Notes under the pieces: generated by a model
Database searches by the model: none
Told to the model about the DNA's origin: nothing
What the model saw: only the letters and a program-made list of their open reading frames with translations
Source of the DNA: a virus
Length of the DNA: 64,000 nt
Virus record (IMG/VR): IMGVR_UViG_3300029305_000349
Span: 4,246-68,245 of that record
Strand: one strand, 5' to 3'
Part shown: piece after piece, positions 48,783 to 59,406 of the stretch
How the letters are laid out: every line of letters starts with the position of its first letter
Numbering within the stretch: the first letter of the stretch is position 1
Position numbers and translations under genes: made by a program

Positions 48783-51700
48783 GTGTTTGATTTTTTAGAC
48801 ATTTCAACACGTCCCGCTGGTAAAAACGGTATAGATATTTATCCCCGCTTTAAACTATATCCTAAGAGTAAGGATTTAATGGTTCGAGGTGGGGATTTCT
48901 ATGCGGTCTGGCTCGAAGAACGCGGGCAGTGGTCTACGAATGAGGATGATTGTCTGCGTTTAATTGACGATTCGGTTAGGGAGTTCTTCAATGAATTCAA
49001 ACCGAAACATCCTGAATTGAGTATTAATGTTAAGTACATGAGAGATTCCGATTCGGGTATGATCGACGCGTGGCATAAGTTCGTACAGAAACAATCGAGA
49101 GATTCTTATCATGTGCTGGACGAAACATTGATATTCTCGAACGATTCTGTAGAAAAAGGACACTATTCGAGTAAAAGACTTCCGTATCCACTCGAGAAAG
49201 GTGAGATCCCAGCCTACGAGAAGATTATCTCAACTTTATATTCTGAAGAAGAGAGACGTAAGATCGAGTGGGCTATTGGTTCTATTGTATCGGGCGACTC
49301 GAAGCATATTCAGAAATTCGTAGTACTGTACGGAGATCCTGGTTCTGGTAAGTCTACGATTCTAAACATTATTCAGCAGTTATTCGACGGCTACTATTGT
49401 ATATTCGATGCAAAGGCGTTGGGTATGGCTAGTAGTCAATTTGCGTTGGAACCGTTTAGAGTCAATCCGTTAGTTGCAATTCAGCATGACGGCGACTTAT
49501 CTAGAATTGAAGATAATACTCGTATCAACAGTATCGCTTCACACGAGGAGATGACTGTGAATGAGAAACACAAGTCTACTTACACGAGTAGGTTTCAGTG
49601 TTTCATGTTCTTAGGTACGAACAAACCAGTTAAGATTACCGATAGCAAATCAGGTCTGATTCGACGACTAATCGATGTGCAACCGTCCGGTAAGAGACTC
49701 AGTCGTGGCGAGTATGATGCAGCGATGTCGCGTATTCCATTCGAGTTAGGCGGAATTGCGTATCACTGTTTAGAGGTTTATAACTCGAACCCCGGATTCT
49801 ACAATGATTATATTCCGTTGAATATGATGGGTGCGTCGAACGACTTCTACAACTTCATGATTGATTCGTATCATATATTTCTCAAAGAAGACGGTACTAC
49901 TCAGAAAGCTGCTTGGGAAATGTATAAGAATTACTGTGAGGATGCTAAAGTCGCTTATCCGTATACTCTGAGATTGTTCAAGGAAGAATTGAAAAGTTAT
50001 TTCCGGAAGTATGAATCGACTATTGAAGCTGAGGACGGTTCTAGGTTGAAGTATTACTACAGTGGATTTAAGACGGATAAATTCGAGAATGACTTTGGAC
50101 GTAAAGAAGAAGTATACGATCCGAATCTGATTCAGTTCAAGGTGCAGAAATCATTAATCGATGAATTATATTCTGCGCTACAGGCCCAATACTCGAATCA
50201 GGAAGGTAAACCTAGATTTGCTTGGGATGATGTGCGAACTACTTTGGCGGACGTAGACACTTCAATGGAACATTATGTACGACCGCCAGAGAATCATGTT
50301 GTTATCGACTTCGATTTGAAAGACGAGAACGGTAACAAATCATTTGAAAGGAACTTAAGGGCTGCTAGTAAGTGGCCGGCGACATATGCCGAACTCAGTA
50401 AGAGCGGGGCGGGTATTCATCTGCATTATATTTATACTGGAGATGTTACTAAACTGAGTCGGATATTCGAGGAGGATGTGGAGATAAAGGTGTTCTCAGG
50501 TAAGAGTTCGCTGAGAAGACGATTGAGTAAATGTAATGACTTACCGATTGCGACTCTTACTTCGGGATTACCTACGAAAGGAGACGAAGACGTGGTCGAT
50601 TTTAAAGGTATTGCTAATGAGAAGGCTATTAGAACTCTGATTAAAAGAAACATTAATAAAGAGTATCATGCCTCAACTAAATGTAGCATTGATTACATTA
50701 ATAAGATTCTTAACGATGCTTATAACAGTGGGATGGGTTATGACGTTTCTGACATGCGTAATGGAGTATTTGCATTTGCAGTGGATAGTACGAACCAGTC
50801 CGACTATTGTATAAAGTTGGTTAATCAGATGAAATGGAAGTCTGAGGAACCGAACCAGAGTGTTGATAGCGACATTGATATTCTGGTGTTCTACGACGTA
50901 GAGGTATTTCCGAATCTGTTCCTTGTTAACTGGAAGGTACAGGGTGAAGACAAACCAGTCGTACGAATGATAAATCCAACACCTAGTGAAATCGAAGGTC
51001 TGTTGAAGTTCAAATTGGTCGGTTTCAATAATCGCAGGTATGATAACCATATGTTATACGCTCGATTAATGGGATACACGAACGAGCAATTGTTCAATCT
51101 TTCACAGAAGATTATTTCAGGCGACAAGAATGCTTTCTTTGGTGAGGCTTATAACCTGTCGTACACTGATATTTACGATTTTAGTTCTAAGAAACAGTCT
51201 CTTAAGAAATTTGAGATTGAACTCGGTATTACTCATAAAGAGTTAGGTTTACCGTGGGATCAACCAGTACCAGAAGACAGATGGACTGAAGTTGCTGAGT
51301 ATTGCGACAACGACGTAATTGCAACGGAGGCCGTATTTGAAGCTCGTAAAGCAGACTTTGTGGCTCGTGAGATTTTGGCTGACTTAGCTGGCGGTATTGT
51401 AAACGACACTACCAACTCGCTTACAACCAAGATTATATTTGGTAATAATAAGAAACCTCAGAGCCAGTTTAACTACAGAGACTTATCTAAGCCTGTTTAT
51501 AATTTACCGACTACCACTTATAACTTCCTCAGAAAAGCTTGTCCTGAAATGATGAAGACCGCGCACGGACCATCGCGAGACAGCGTATTACCTTATTTCC
51601 CGGGTTATAAGTTCGAAGGTGGTAAATCTATCTATCGTGGCGTGGAAGTTGGCGAGGGGGGCTGTGTGTACGCTCAGCCGGGTATGTACGTCAATGTAGC

Positions 51701-52778
51701 GTTGCTTGATATTGCTTCTATGCATCCCCATAGCGTGATTGCTGAGTGCTTATTCGGTGTTGAGTTCACTACTCGGTTCAAGGAGATTGTAGATGGTCGT
51801 GTAAGCATTAAACACGAAGCTTGGGAAGCTGTTAACCAGATGCTGGATGGTAAACTTACTAAGTTCATTCAGAGAGTACTTAGAGGCGAGTTGACTTCTA
51901 AGGATTTGGCGAATGCTTTGAAGATCGCTATCAATTCGGTATACGGTCTGACTGCCGCTAACTTCGATAATCCTTTCCGTGATATTCGTAACGTAGATAA
52001 TATCGTAGCTAAGCGTGGTGCTCTGTTCATGCTGGATTTGAAGTACGAGGTCGAGAGACGCGGATATACGGTAGCTCATATCAAGACTGACTCGATTAAG
52101 ATTCCGGATGCTGACGATGATATTATTCAGTTTGTTATGGACTTCGGTAAGAGATACGGCTATACCTTTGAACATGAGGCTACGTATGAAAAGATGTGCT
52201 TGGTTAACGACGCTGTTTATATTGCTAAGTATAAAAATGGCGAGTGGACGGCTACAGGTACTCAGTTCCAGGTTCCATATGTATTTAAGACTCTGTTTAG
52301 TGGAGAACCTATCGAATTTGACGATATGTGTGAGACTAAGTCTGTAAGTACAGCTTTATATTTGAAGGATCTGGATTCAGACGAGACCATCATCGATTTG
52401 GAAACAGGTAAGGAATCTACGATTAAATTCGAGAATACCGTTCCGAAATTCGTAGGTAAAGTCGGTAGGTTCTGTCCTGTAAAACCTGAAGATGGCGGTA
52501 TGGAGCTGCTGAGGGAGAGTAAGGATAAAGATGGAAACATTAAATATGGTGCTGCTACTGGTACTAAGGGTTATCATTGGCTTGAGGCTGAAGTTGTAAA
52601 GGAACTTGGTCTGGAAGATAAGATTGACAAGTCTTATTACAACAAGCTGGTTGATGACGCTGTAGACTCGATTAGCAAGTATGGTGACTTCGAATGGTTT
52701 ACTTCAAATGAACCTTATATTTCACCAGACTTTATTAATCGACCAGAGACAGATGTTGTAGTATTACCATTCATTTGA
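48783..52778 (+). CDS. fused SF3-like helicase, primase-like domain and family B-like DNA polymerase
   Basis: Walker A GDPGSGKST; VIDFD and SKSGAGIHLHY primase-like motifs; exonuclease FYDVEV, GFNN..YD, YCDNDV; polymerase LDIASMHP, KIAINSVYG, KTDS. Confidence 0.85.
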   Translation: MFDFLDISTRPAGKNGIDIYPRFKLYPKSKDLMVRGGDFYAVWLEERGQWSTNEDDCLRLIDDSVREFFNEFKPKHPELSINVKYMRDSDSGMIDAWHKFVQKQSRDSYHVLDETLIFSNDSVEKGHYSSKRLPYPLEKGEIPAYEKIISTLYSEEERRKIEWAIGSIVSGDSKHIQKFVVLYGDPGSGKSTILNIIQQLFDGYYCIFDAKALGMASSQFALEPFRVNPLVAIQHDGDLSRIEDNTRINSIASHEEMTVNEKHKSTYTSRFQCFMFLGTNKPVKITDSKSGLIRRLIDVQPSGKRLSRGEYDAAMSRIPFELGGIAYHCLEVYNSNPGFYNDYIPLNMMGASNDFYNFMIDSYHIFLKEDGTTQKAAWEMYKNYCEDAKVAYPYTLRLFKEELKSYFRKYESTIEAEDGSRLKYYYSGFKTDKFENDFGRKEEVYDPNLIQFKVQKSLIDELYSALQAQYSNQEGKPRFAWDDVRTTLADVDTSMEHYVRPPENHVVIDFDLKDENGNKSFERNLRAASKWPATYAELSKSGAGIHLHYIYTGDVTKLSRIFEEDVEIKVFSGKSSLRRRLSKCNDLPIATLTSGLPTKGDEDVVDFKGIANEKAIRTLIKRNINKEYHASTKCSIDYINKILNDAYNSGMGYDVSDMRNGVFAFAVDSTNQSDYCIKLVNQMKWKSEEPNQSVDSDIDILVFYDVEVFPNLFLVNWKVQGEDKPVVRMINPTPSEIEGLLKFKLVGFNNRRYDNHMLYARLMGYTNEQLFNLSQKIISGDKNAFFGEAYNLSYTDIYDFSSKKQSLKKFEIELGITHKELGLPWDQPVPEDRWTEVAEYCDNDVIATEAVFEARKADFVAREILADLAGGIVNDTTNSLTTKIIFGNNKKPQSQFNYRDLSKPVYNLPTTTYNFLRKACPEMMKTAHGPSRDSVLPYFPGYKFEGGKSIYRGVEVGEGGCVYAQPGMYVNVALLDIASMHPHSVIAECLFGVEFTTRFKEIVDGRVSIKHEAWEAVNQMLDGKLTKFIQRVLRGELTSKDLANALKIAINSVYGLTAANFDNPFRDIRNVDNIVAKRGALFMLDLKYEVERRGYTVAHIKTDSIKIPDADDDIIQFVMDFGKRYGYTFEHEATYEKMCLVNDAVYIAKYKNGEWTATGTQFQVPYVFKTLFSGEPIEFDDMCETKSVSTALYLKDLDSDETIIDLETGKESTIKFENTVPKFVGKVGRFCPVKPEDGGMELLRESKDKDGNIKYGAATGTKGYHWLEAEVVKELGLEDKIDKSYYNKLVDDAVDSISKYGDFEWFTSNEPYISPDFINRPETDVVVLPFI

Positions 52779-52791
52779 GATAGGAGTTGTT

Positions 52792-53049
52792 ATGAAGAAA
52801 CTCAATTTAAACAGTCCCGTAAAGGTTAAACTGACACCGTTAGGAAAAGACATATATTATCATAAATACGATCAGTTAATTAGTATGGGTGCTAAAATCA
52901 CTCCGAGCTATCCAAGAGTAGACGAGGAAGGTTTTACGGAATTCCAGGTGTGGGACTTTATAAATATATACGGTCGCTATATGGGCATGGCAGCGCCTAA
53001 TGTAATTACCGATCTTACTTTTTATATTGATGAAAAGGAGTTGTTATGA
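52792..53049 (+). CDS. hypothetical protein
   Basis: NLNS.VKVKLT..G motif; RBS. Confidence 0.6.
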   Translation: MKKLNLNSPVKVKLTPLGKDIYYHKYDQLISMGAKITPSYPRVDEEGFTEFQVWDFINIYGRYMGMAAPNVITDLTFYIDEKELL

Positions 53050-53351
53050 AAATCCATGAAGTAATTGGAACCCAGGCAGTCTTGGAACAGGCTGCTGAAG
53101 AGTGTATGGAGTTGGGACATGCTTGTCTGAAGATGGCAAGACTGAAAAGAGGAGAGAACCCGACTCCGAAGACCGAAGAAGAGTGCTATATGGCGATGAA
53201 AGAGGAGATCGCTGACGTACTCATTTGTATCGGGGAGATTATGGAAGCATTCGGAATGTGTCCGGAAGATGTAGGACCAGATATTCAGTATAAGGTTGAT
53301 CGCTGGGAATCCAGAGTTAACGATTATTTTATTAAGAAAAAAGGAGAATAA
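53046..53351 (+). CDS. MazG-like NTP pyrophosphohydrolase
   Basis: EECMEL...EEIADV acidic motif. Confidence 0.75.
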   Translation: MKIHEVIGTQAVLEQAAEECMELGHACLKMARLKRGENPTPKTEEECYMAMKEEIADVLICIGEIMEAFGMCPEDVGPDIQYKVDRWESRVNDYFIKKKGE

Positions 53352-53353
53352 TT

Positions 53354-53836
53354 ATGAGACTTACAATTGCACCAAGAGGTATCTTACAGGTTGACGACGC
53401 TATCATTATCTTTAAGAATTTCGAAGGTAGAGGTGATAAGTACAATCGTCAGGGAGATAGAAACTTTGCATTATTGATTGAGGATGATGAAACTGCAGAA
53501 GCTCTTATTCGTGAGGGCTGGAATGTAACTGTTAAGCCGCCGCGTGATATGGACGACGAGCCTTTCAGATATTTGAAGGTAAAGGTGAAGTTCAACGACA
53601 GAGGACCGACTGTTTATGTGAAGTCCGGCGGTAACATGAGAAGACTGACAGAGGAGACTGTAAGTGCTCTGGACTATCTTGATATTGCGAGTGTGGATTT
53701 GGATATCAGACCTTACGATTGGACTATGAGAGATGGTAAGTCCGGTAGAACAGCTTATCTGCAGTCTATTCATGTAACCCAGAATATCGACAGATTTGCT
53801 GCGAGATACGCAGAGGAAGAGTATCCGACTGAATAA
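53354..53836 (+). CDS. putative single-stranded DNA-binding protein
   Basis: OB-fold-like, acidic C-terminus, located in the replication module. Confidence 0.55.
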   Translation: MRLTIAPRGILQVDDAIIIFKNFEGRGDKYNRQGDRNFALLIEDDETAEALIREGWNVTVKPPRDMDDEPFRYLKVKVKFNDRGPTVYVKSGGNMRRLTEETVSALDYLDIASVDLDIRPYDWTMRDGKSGRTAYLQSIHVTQNIDRFAARYAEEEYPTE

Positions 53837-53876
53837 TTCGCAAGGGAAACATCTCCTTTAATGAGGAGGTGATGAT

Positions 53877-54014
53877 ATGTGGAACACTATTAAGAACGTT
53901 GTTATGGTTATCTTATTATGCGTTTTATCATTCATTGGTGGTGTAGCTACCGTTATTGGATTGATATTAAGCATGATAGGCGAAGCGAAAAGCGGTGAAG
54001 AACATATCAACTGA
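53877..54014 (+). CDS. cassette-encoded 45-aa membrane peptide
   Basis: Promoter motif at 53837, AGGAGG, terminator at 54020-54058. Confidence 0.6.
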   Translation: MWNTIKNVVMVILLCVLSFIGGVATVIGLILSMIGEAKSGEEHIN

Positions 54015-54080
54015 AAGATTAAGAGTCTTGGCTAGAAATAGTCGAGGCTCTTTTTCTTTATATTTCTAGTCACTTAGCCA

Positions 54081-54506
54081 ATGGACACTACTAACAAAAG
54101 GATGTGTTTCATCATGGAAAGAACGATGAAGTTGTACGGAGACAAAGTATTTGGAGAAACAGTATCGAACTACGGATTAGAGCATGGATATTTAGATTAC
54201 TATACTCTAGCTCGAATTGTAGGTGATCGTATTCTCAATAATTCTATCAGAAGTGCTGGATATCCTGAGGATTGGGAATTGGTTAACGGTGACTATGAGT
54301 ACGACGAGGATTGTTATGTTGAGGTGTACCAAGATTACATTATTTCTGAGTATGGCTATAAAATCTTAGCTGAGTATACTGACGAATTAGTGTATTACAA
54401 CAATGAGCTGGATATTTATGTATGGGGTATCACTCATTGGGGTACATCTTGGGATTATGTGTTGACTGATGTCAGACTGGTGAGTGATGACGAACCGAAT
54501 GACTGA
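54081..54506 (+). CDS. acidic hypothetical protein
   Basis: EVYQDYII..YVWGITHWGTSWDYVLT; start uncertain. Confidence 0.6.
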   Translation: MDTTNKRMCFIMERTMKLYGDKVFGETVSNYGLEHGYLDYYTLARIVGDRILNNSIRSAGYPEDWELVNGDYEYDEDCYVEVYQDYIISEYGYKILAEYTDELVYYNNELDIYVWGITHWGTSWDYVLTDVRLVSDDEPND

Positions 54507-54538
54507 TATTAAGTTGGTCGAAGAATGAAAGGAGAAAA

Positions 54539-54796
54539 ATGGCGGGGAAGATAGGAACTTTATATTTTAAAGATGGTCGTACTGAGGAGATTACCTCTTA
54601 CGATCCTGGACCCGAATTTGGTAGATATATATTCGTAACCAAAGTTGGGCATCTGTATAAGAAATATTACGTTGATGAGTGTGGTCATTATCAGTCGGAT
54701 CTGTGGTTTAAATACAATCGCGGTAAGCATGTGTGGGAACCATGTACGAGGTTGATAGATCGTTACGAAATTAATAGTAAGTACGATGTTTTATAA
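54539..54796 (+). CDS. hypothetical protein
   Basis: GAAAGGAG RBS. Confidence 0.55.
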   Translation: MAGKIGTLYFKDGRTEEITSYDPGPEFGRYIFVTKVGHLYKKYYVDECGHYQSDLWFKYNRGKHVWEPCTRLIDRYEINSKYDVL

Positions 54797-54806
54797 GGAG
54801 GTTTTT

Positions 54807-55358
54807 ATGTCATTTTATAAGAGATGTGAAGGTTGTGCACACCAGCATTATAATGAGTTAGGTATGTGTATTAGATGTATAGATTTCGACAAGTTTGAGG
54901 AGTATCCGAGAAAGAAGGTTGATAATTCGATCGACAAGCTTACTAAAGCGGTGCTTAATAGTTGCTACGGTATGAAAGCTAAGGCTATTACTATAGATAA
55001 GAATACTTTCGAACCTAATAAGGTGGAACTCGGAATCAAGAAAGTCATCTTCAACGACCCGGCTACTGTTGTTATTTGGGGTGACGGTAATAAGACGGTC
55101 GTGAAATGTTCTGAATATGATAGTTACGATCCAGAGAAAGGTCTGGCTATGGCGATTTGTAAGAAGGTGCTGGGCGAGAAGCAGTATAAGAATGTGTTCA
55201 AGACCTGGTCCAGGCCGGAAGAAGAGAAAGAAATCGCTAAACAGAAAGCGGATTTTGAGAAGTTTATAGACGCTTGGAACGAGTGTGGATTAATAACCCC
55301 TTTAACTACGACCGGATCGACATTTAGCGAACCCGAGGATGGCGTAGATGCTTATTGA
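54807..55358 (+). CDS. conserved phage protein
   Basis: IKKVIFNDPATVVIWGDGNKTVVKC..YDPEKGLAMA. Confidence 0.65.
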   Translation: MSFYKRCEGCAHQHYNELGMCIRCIDFDKFEEYPRKKVDNSIDKLTKAVLNSCYGMKAKAITIDKNTFEPNKVELGIKKVIFNDPATVVIWGDGNKTVVKCSEYDSYDPEKGLAMAICKKVLGEKQYKNVFKTWSRPEEEKEIAKQKADFEKFIDAWNECGLITPLTTTGSTFSEPEDGVDAY

Positions 55359-56526
55359 TTTATACGATCATCAGCTGGATGCACTTGAGAGAATGCGTAA
55401 CGGCTGCATACTGTGTGGAGGCACGGGGTCTGGGAAATCTCGGACCTCGCTTGCTTACTATTTCACAAGGTATGGAGGGGTGATCGAACCGTATAAGAAG
55501 CCAGACAATCCCCCTGATCTTTATATTATTACGACTGCGAGAAAAAGAGACACACTCGAATGGGACGAGGAGCTAATACCTTTTCTATTAGACAATCAAG
55601 TGGTGATCGACAGTTGGAATAATATCGGAAAGTATAAGGATGTGAAAAACGCGTTCTTTATATTTGACGAACAGAGGGTTAGTGGTTATGGAACTTGGGT
55701 TAGGGTGTTTCTTAAAATCGTGAAGAGTAACGAGTGGATATTACTATCAGCAACTCCAGGAGACAAATGGGAGGATTATATTCCAGTGTTTATTGCGAAT
55801 GGATTCTACAGGAACAAAACGGAATTCATTCGAGAACATGTTATATATTCTCCTTATGTCAAGTATAAAATTGATAGATATGTAAACACTCGTAAGCTTT
55901 CTAGATTGAGAGATGAGATTCTGGTAGACATGGATTTCATTCGGACTACTACACCTCATCATGAAGATGTCTATGTCAAGTATGATGTAAGACTATTCAA
56001 AGACACGATTCGAAATAGATGGGACCCGTATGCTAACGAGCCGATTCGCGATGCTGCGGGTCTTTGTTATATTCTCAGACGGATCGTTAACTCTGATGAG
56101 TCGAGACAGACAGCTTTACTTGAGTTATTCGAGAAACATCCTCGGATTATTGTGTTTTACTCGTTCGATTATGAGCGTGATATTTTAAGGAGTTTGTATT
56201 ATGGTGAAGACGTTGAAATTGCTGAGTGGTCAGGACATTACCACGAACCAGTGCCTGACGGTGGGCGGTGGATATATATCGTCAATTACTCCGCTGGAGC
56301 TGAGGGGTGGAATTGTATTAAAACTGATACGATTGTATTCTTCAGCCAAACCTACAGTTACAGAACTCTTCAACAAGCCGTTGGACGAATCGACAGACTG
56401 AACACTCCATTTACCGATTTATATTATTATCACTTGAAAAGTCGGTCAGGTATTGATCTGGCGATTAGTAAGGCCTTGAGGGATAAGAAGAAATTTAATG
56501 AGCGGAAGTATTTGAAGTGGGATTAG
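55348..56526 (+). CDS. SF2 DNA helicase
   Basis: LYDHQ, GTGSGKS, DEQR, LSATP, QAVGRIDR. Confidence 0.9.
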   Translation: MLIDLYDHQLDALERMRNGCILCGGTGSGKSRTSLAYYFTRYGGVIEPYKKPDNPPDLYIITTARKRDTLEWDEELIPFLLDNQVVIDSWNNIGKYKDVKNAFFIFDEQRVSGYGTWVRVFLKIVKSNEWILLSATPGDKWEDYIPVFIANGFYRNKTEFIREHVIYSPYVKYKIDRYVNTRKLSRLRDEILVDMDFIRTTTPHHEDVYVKYDVRLFKDTIRNRWDPYANEPIRDAAGLCYILRRIVNSDESRQTALLELFEKHPRIIVFYSFDYERDILRSLYYGEDVEIAEWSGHYHEPVPDGGRWIYIVNYSAGAEGWNCIKTDTIVFFSQTYSYRTLQQAVGRIDRLNTPFTDLYYYHLKSRSGIDLAISKALRDKKKFNERKYLKWD

Positions 56527-56581
56527 CGATATTTTCAAATACTTTTATGAGAACAAGAGTTCTACAGGAAAGGAGAAAAAT

Positions 56582-57088
56582 ATGGCTATTAAGGAAACAA
56601 AAACATTTGGAGAATGGCTGAAGGAAGTTGATAGAAACACGATGGTTTATGTAGGAACTAAGCATGGCAGTTCGTGGTTGTTGATCGAAACAGCAGGTGA
56701 CTTGATCGATAATCTGGAGAAACTTGAAGACCGGTTATGCAAAGAGGCGCATTTGAAACGGGCAACTTATTATGAAGTCTTGGAAGAAGCACCAAGAGCG
56801 ATCGTTAGATGTGAGAATGAATTAGATTCAATCTCAGATATCGAAGATCCTAAGGTGGGAAAACTGAGAGAACGTATTTGGAAGCTCCGTGGAGAATTTG
56901 CTTCAGCGTGGACCGGATACAAAAAGTACGACAGAGCATTAATCAGTTGGGTTCGTCTGGAGGATCGATTTGTGAACGATGTGGTAGAACATTACCATGA
57001 TATTCCTGGAATCGGAGTGTTGATCGGAGGAATCGAAGCCGGCGACAAATGGATGAAACACGAGAAGGGTCGATTTGACCTGACTTAA
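56582..57088 (+). CDS. cassette-encoded hypothetical protein
   Basis: Promoter motif at 56523; terminator at 57104-57136. Confidence 0.65.
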   Translation: MAIKETKTFGEWLKEVDRNTMVYVGTKHGSSWLLIETAGDLIDNLEKLEDRLCKEAHLKRATYYEVLEEAPRAIVRCENELDSISDIEDPKVGKLRERIWKLRGEFASAWTGYKKYDRALISWVRLEDRFVNDVVEHYHDIPGIGVLIGGIEAGDKWMKHEKGRFDLT

Positions 57089-57160
57089 GAACTTGTAATC
57101 GAAAGAGGAGGTCTCTATACAGAGGCTTTCTCTTTTATATTTAGGCAAAAGGATACTTTA

Positions 57161-57848
57161 GTGGTGATTATAACAAACGAAATCATGCAGGTTAAACAAT
57201 TGGGCGATAACGTTGGTTACGGTCATATCATGATGATAGCTAGTGCTCTATGGAGAAAAAAGTTAAGAGATTCTGGTGAACCGACATGTGGGGCTTTTGT
57301 TCCAAGAATCGACGCAATGGATGACGATGATAGATTGTATGATCGATTAATAGAGGAGGCTTTAAATGACAAATAGAGAAGCTGCGGGACACTTAAGACT
57401 GTTATATAAAGCTATGAGTTCTTTTAAATCGTATACGGACTCTAAGAATTATTATAAGGCTTTGCTGGCAGTACAGAAGGCTATATATGTATTAGATAAT
57501 ACGAAAGACGAGGGAGGAAATAAAAATGAAAGCGATCGGAGTGTATGAATGTGTGAGGGATGCGACTAAAGGAATCGATGCGATTTACGAGGATTATATT
57601 TTAAAACTCGTAGGGGATTACGGTTTACGTGCTCTCTTAGAGGCGAAGTTACTCGAGACTTGTGGGGTTGTGAACGGAAGACAGCTTTACACACTTGTAA
57701 GAAGATTGGAGAAATGATGAAAGATATTTTAGAAAAGATTAATAAGTACGGGATCATAATGGTTATTTATCATGTTCATGTAGATTACAGCGATATGTAC
57801 GCTGTAGATCTGACTAGTGGTGAGTATTCCTATGGCGCGTTTTTCTAA
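57161..57848 (+). CDS. cluster of small overlapping hypothetical ORFs (57161-57376, 57366-57548, 57526-57717 and a short downstream ORF)
   Basis: Coupled starts and stops with RBSs. Confidence 0.5.
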
Positions 57849-57998
57849 GATGATGAATTTGAAAAGGGCTTCGAGGACTGTGTAAGAAAAGCAGTGGATC
57901 TCTTTATCGAACTCGTACTGGGAAGTGATGTGGAAGAAGGCGATTGATTCGCGTTAAATTCTCCTCCTTTAATGAGAAAATTCTAAGGAGGATATTTT

Positions 57999-58193
57999 AT
58001 GGAAAGAAAGATATTATCAGTGACACGTATATTCGTGATATATATGGTTGTGAATATCGTAGTGGGTGCTATATTTGGCATGAGGGTGGTAGCGCCCTTT
58101 GCGATGTTTACGCTATTCGCGAGTGTGTTGTCACTGATATATTTGTTTGAGGACGATTATATCGATCCAAAGAAAAGAAATAAGAGAGCCTAA
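57999..58193 (+). CDS. cassette-encoded two-helix membrane protein
   Basis: Promoter motif at 57948; terminator at 58183-58211. Confidence 0.65.
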   Translation: MERKILSVTRIFVIYMVVNIVVGAIFGMRVVAPFAMFTLFASVLSLIYLFEDDYIDPKKRNKRA

Positions 58194-58277
58194 TCACGGG
58201 CTCTTTTGTTTCTGTGAGAAGGAACTAATGACAGGTGAAGTAAGTGCTGACAGGCAAAGTAATGAAAGGAGAAAAAA

Positions 58278-58574
58278 ATGAAGAAGGTATTTATTTCTGT
58301 AGGAATGCGCGGTAGAACTAACGAGGAGATCAAGACTGATATTGATAACGCCACAAGACATATTCGTAGTTTATTTGGTGATGATGTGGAAATCGTTGAT
58401 AACTTTGTTGAAAGACCGGAGGGTAATACTCAGCGATTGTATTGCCTGGGGGAATCGATTAAGAGGCTTGGTGAATGCGATTATTGTTATTTCTGTTACA
58501 ACTGGAAAGCATATCACGGATGTAATATTGAATATAACGTTTGTCTTCGTTACGGTATCAAGAGACTGAATTGA
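58278..58574 (+). CDS. DUF4406/nucleoside 2-deoxyribosyltransferase-like protein
   Basis: KVFISVGMRG...CD..YF..NW..GCNIE. Confidence 0.65.
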   Translation: MKKVFISVGMRGRTNEEIKTDIDNATRHIRSLFGDDVEIVDNFVERPEGNTQRLYCLGESIKRLGECDYCYFCYNWKAYHGCNIEYNVCLRYGIKRLN

Positions 58575-58614
58575 CATACTGTTATGGTGTGATCGTAAAG
58601 AAAGGAGAAAAATA

Positions 58615-59203
58615 ATGGAGTTACCAATCGGGTGGGTATTAGCCACTGAAAAAAGACCGTGTTACATAATGTCAGGAACACCTAATAAACCGCAGGAGTA
58701 TAGAGGGTTGTTTCATACTTGGGTTACCACAACTAATGGAAACGTATACGGATTAATAGAGTTAAAGAGCGGTAAAGTGATATTAGTTCATACGTCCGAT
58801 ATACGTTTTGTACCCGTAGCATTTGAAGATTATGACTGGGAGGATAGAAAAGATGGCAGCGGCGAAGAAATGTGATGTATGTGGAAAGTTTTATGACGTC
58901 TATAACCACAAGCAAGATCCGAACAATCCGAATGGGATTATGTTTGTGAATATAGATGGTAAGGGGGATTACTACAGAGGAACCCCTACTGATTTGTGTC
59001 CGAGTTGTTTGACTCACGTTAAGAGTTTCATAGCTCAATTGAGATTGTATAATGGAAAACTCGGGGAAGCGTATGAGACTATAATTAATGCTGGTAAAGC
59101 GTGTGCAAACTGTATTCATCGTGACTGTAAGGGCGGGGAAGAACCATGTCACAGCTGCGATGAATATGATAATTGGGAGGCAATGACGGATGGTTTGTTC
59201 TAA
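58615..59203 (+). CDS. two hypothetical ORFs (58615-58875; Cys-rich 58853-59203)
   Basis: RBSs; CDVCG, DLCPSC and CANC motifs in the second. Confidence 0.55.
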
Positions 59204-59402
59204 GTGTGGTGGGGAGACCCGAACGAGAGGCACTCGTGATGATATTCAGAATTTCGAGGTTCTGAGAAAAAGAGTTTGTAAGGATTGCGGGTATACATTC
59301 GGAACTGTCGAGTTTGAAGTCGAACTTACCGAGCGGTTCGAAAAGACATATAGAGAACTTGAATCTAGAAGAGTGATGAGTTATAGAAAGCGTATGAGGT
59401 AA
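59190..59402 (+). CDS. Zn-ribbon protein (NrdR-N/Ogr-like)
   Basis: CSKCGG..TR..RKRVCKDCGYTFGTVE. Confidence 0.65.
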   Translation: MVCSKCGGETRTRGTRDDIQNFEVLRKRVCKDCGYTFGTVEFEVELTERFEKTYRELESRRVMSYRKRMR

Positions 59403-59406
59403 AGAT

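Noticed and set aside
38891-58234. TIGR-like or box C/D guide array
   Set aside because: The three UGAUGA-like elements are dispersed, not a tandem repeat-spacer array, and no Nop-domain protein was recognised
39435-58600. Second promoter class TTGAC-N19-GTAAAG (39435, 58571)
   Set aside because: Only two instances and no convincing -10 box
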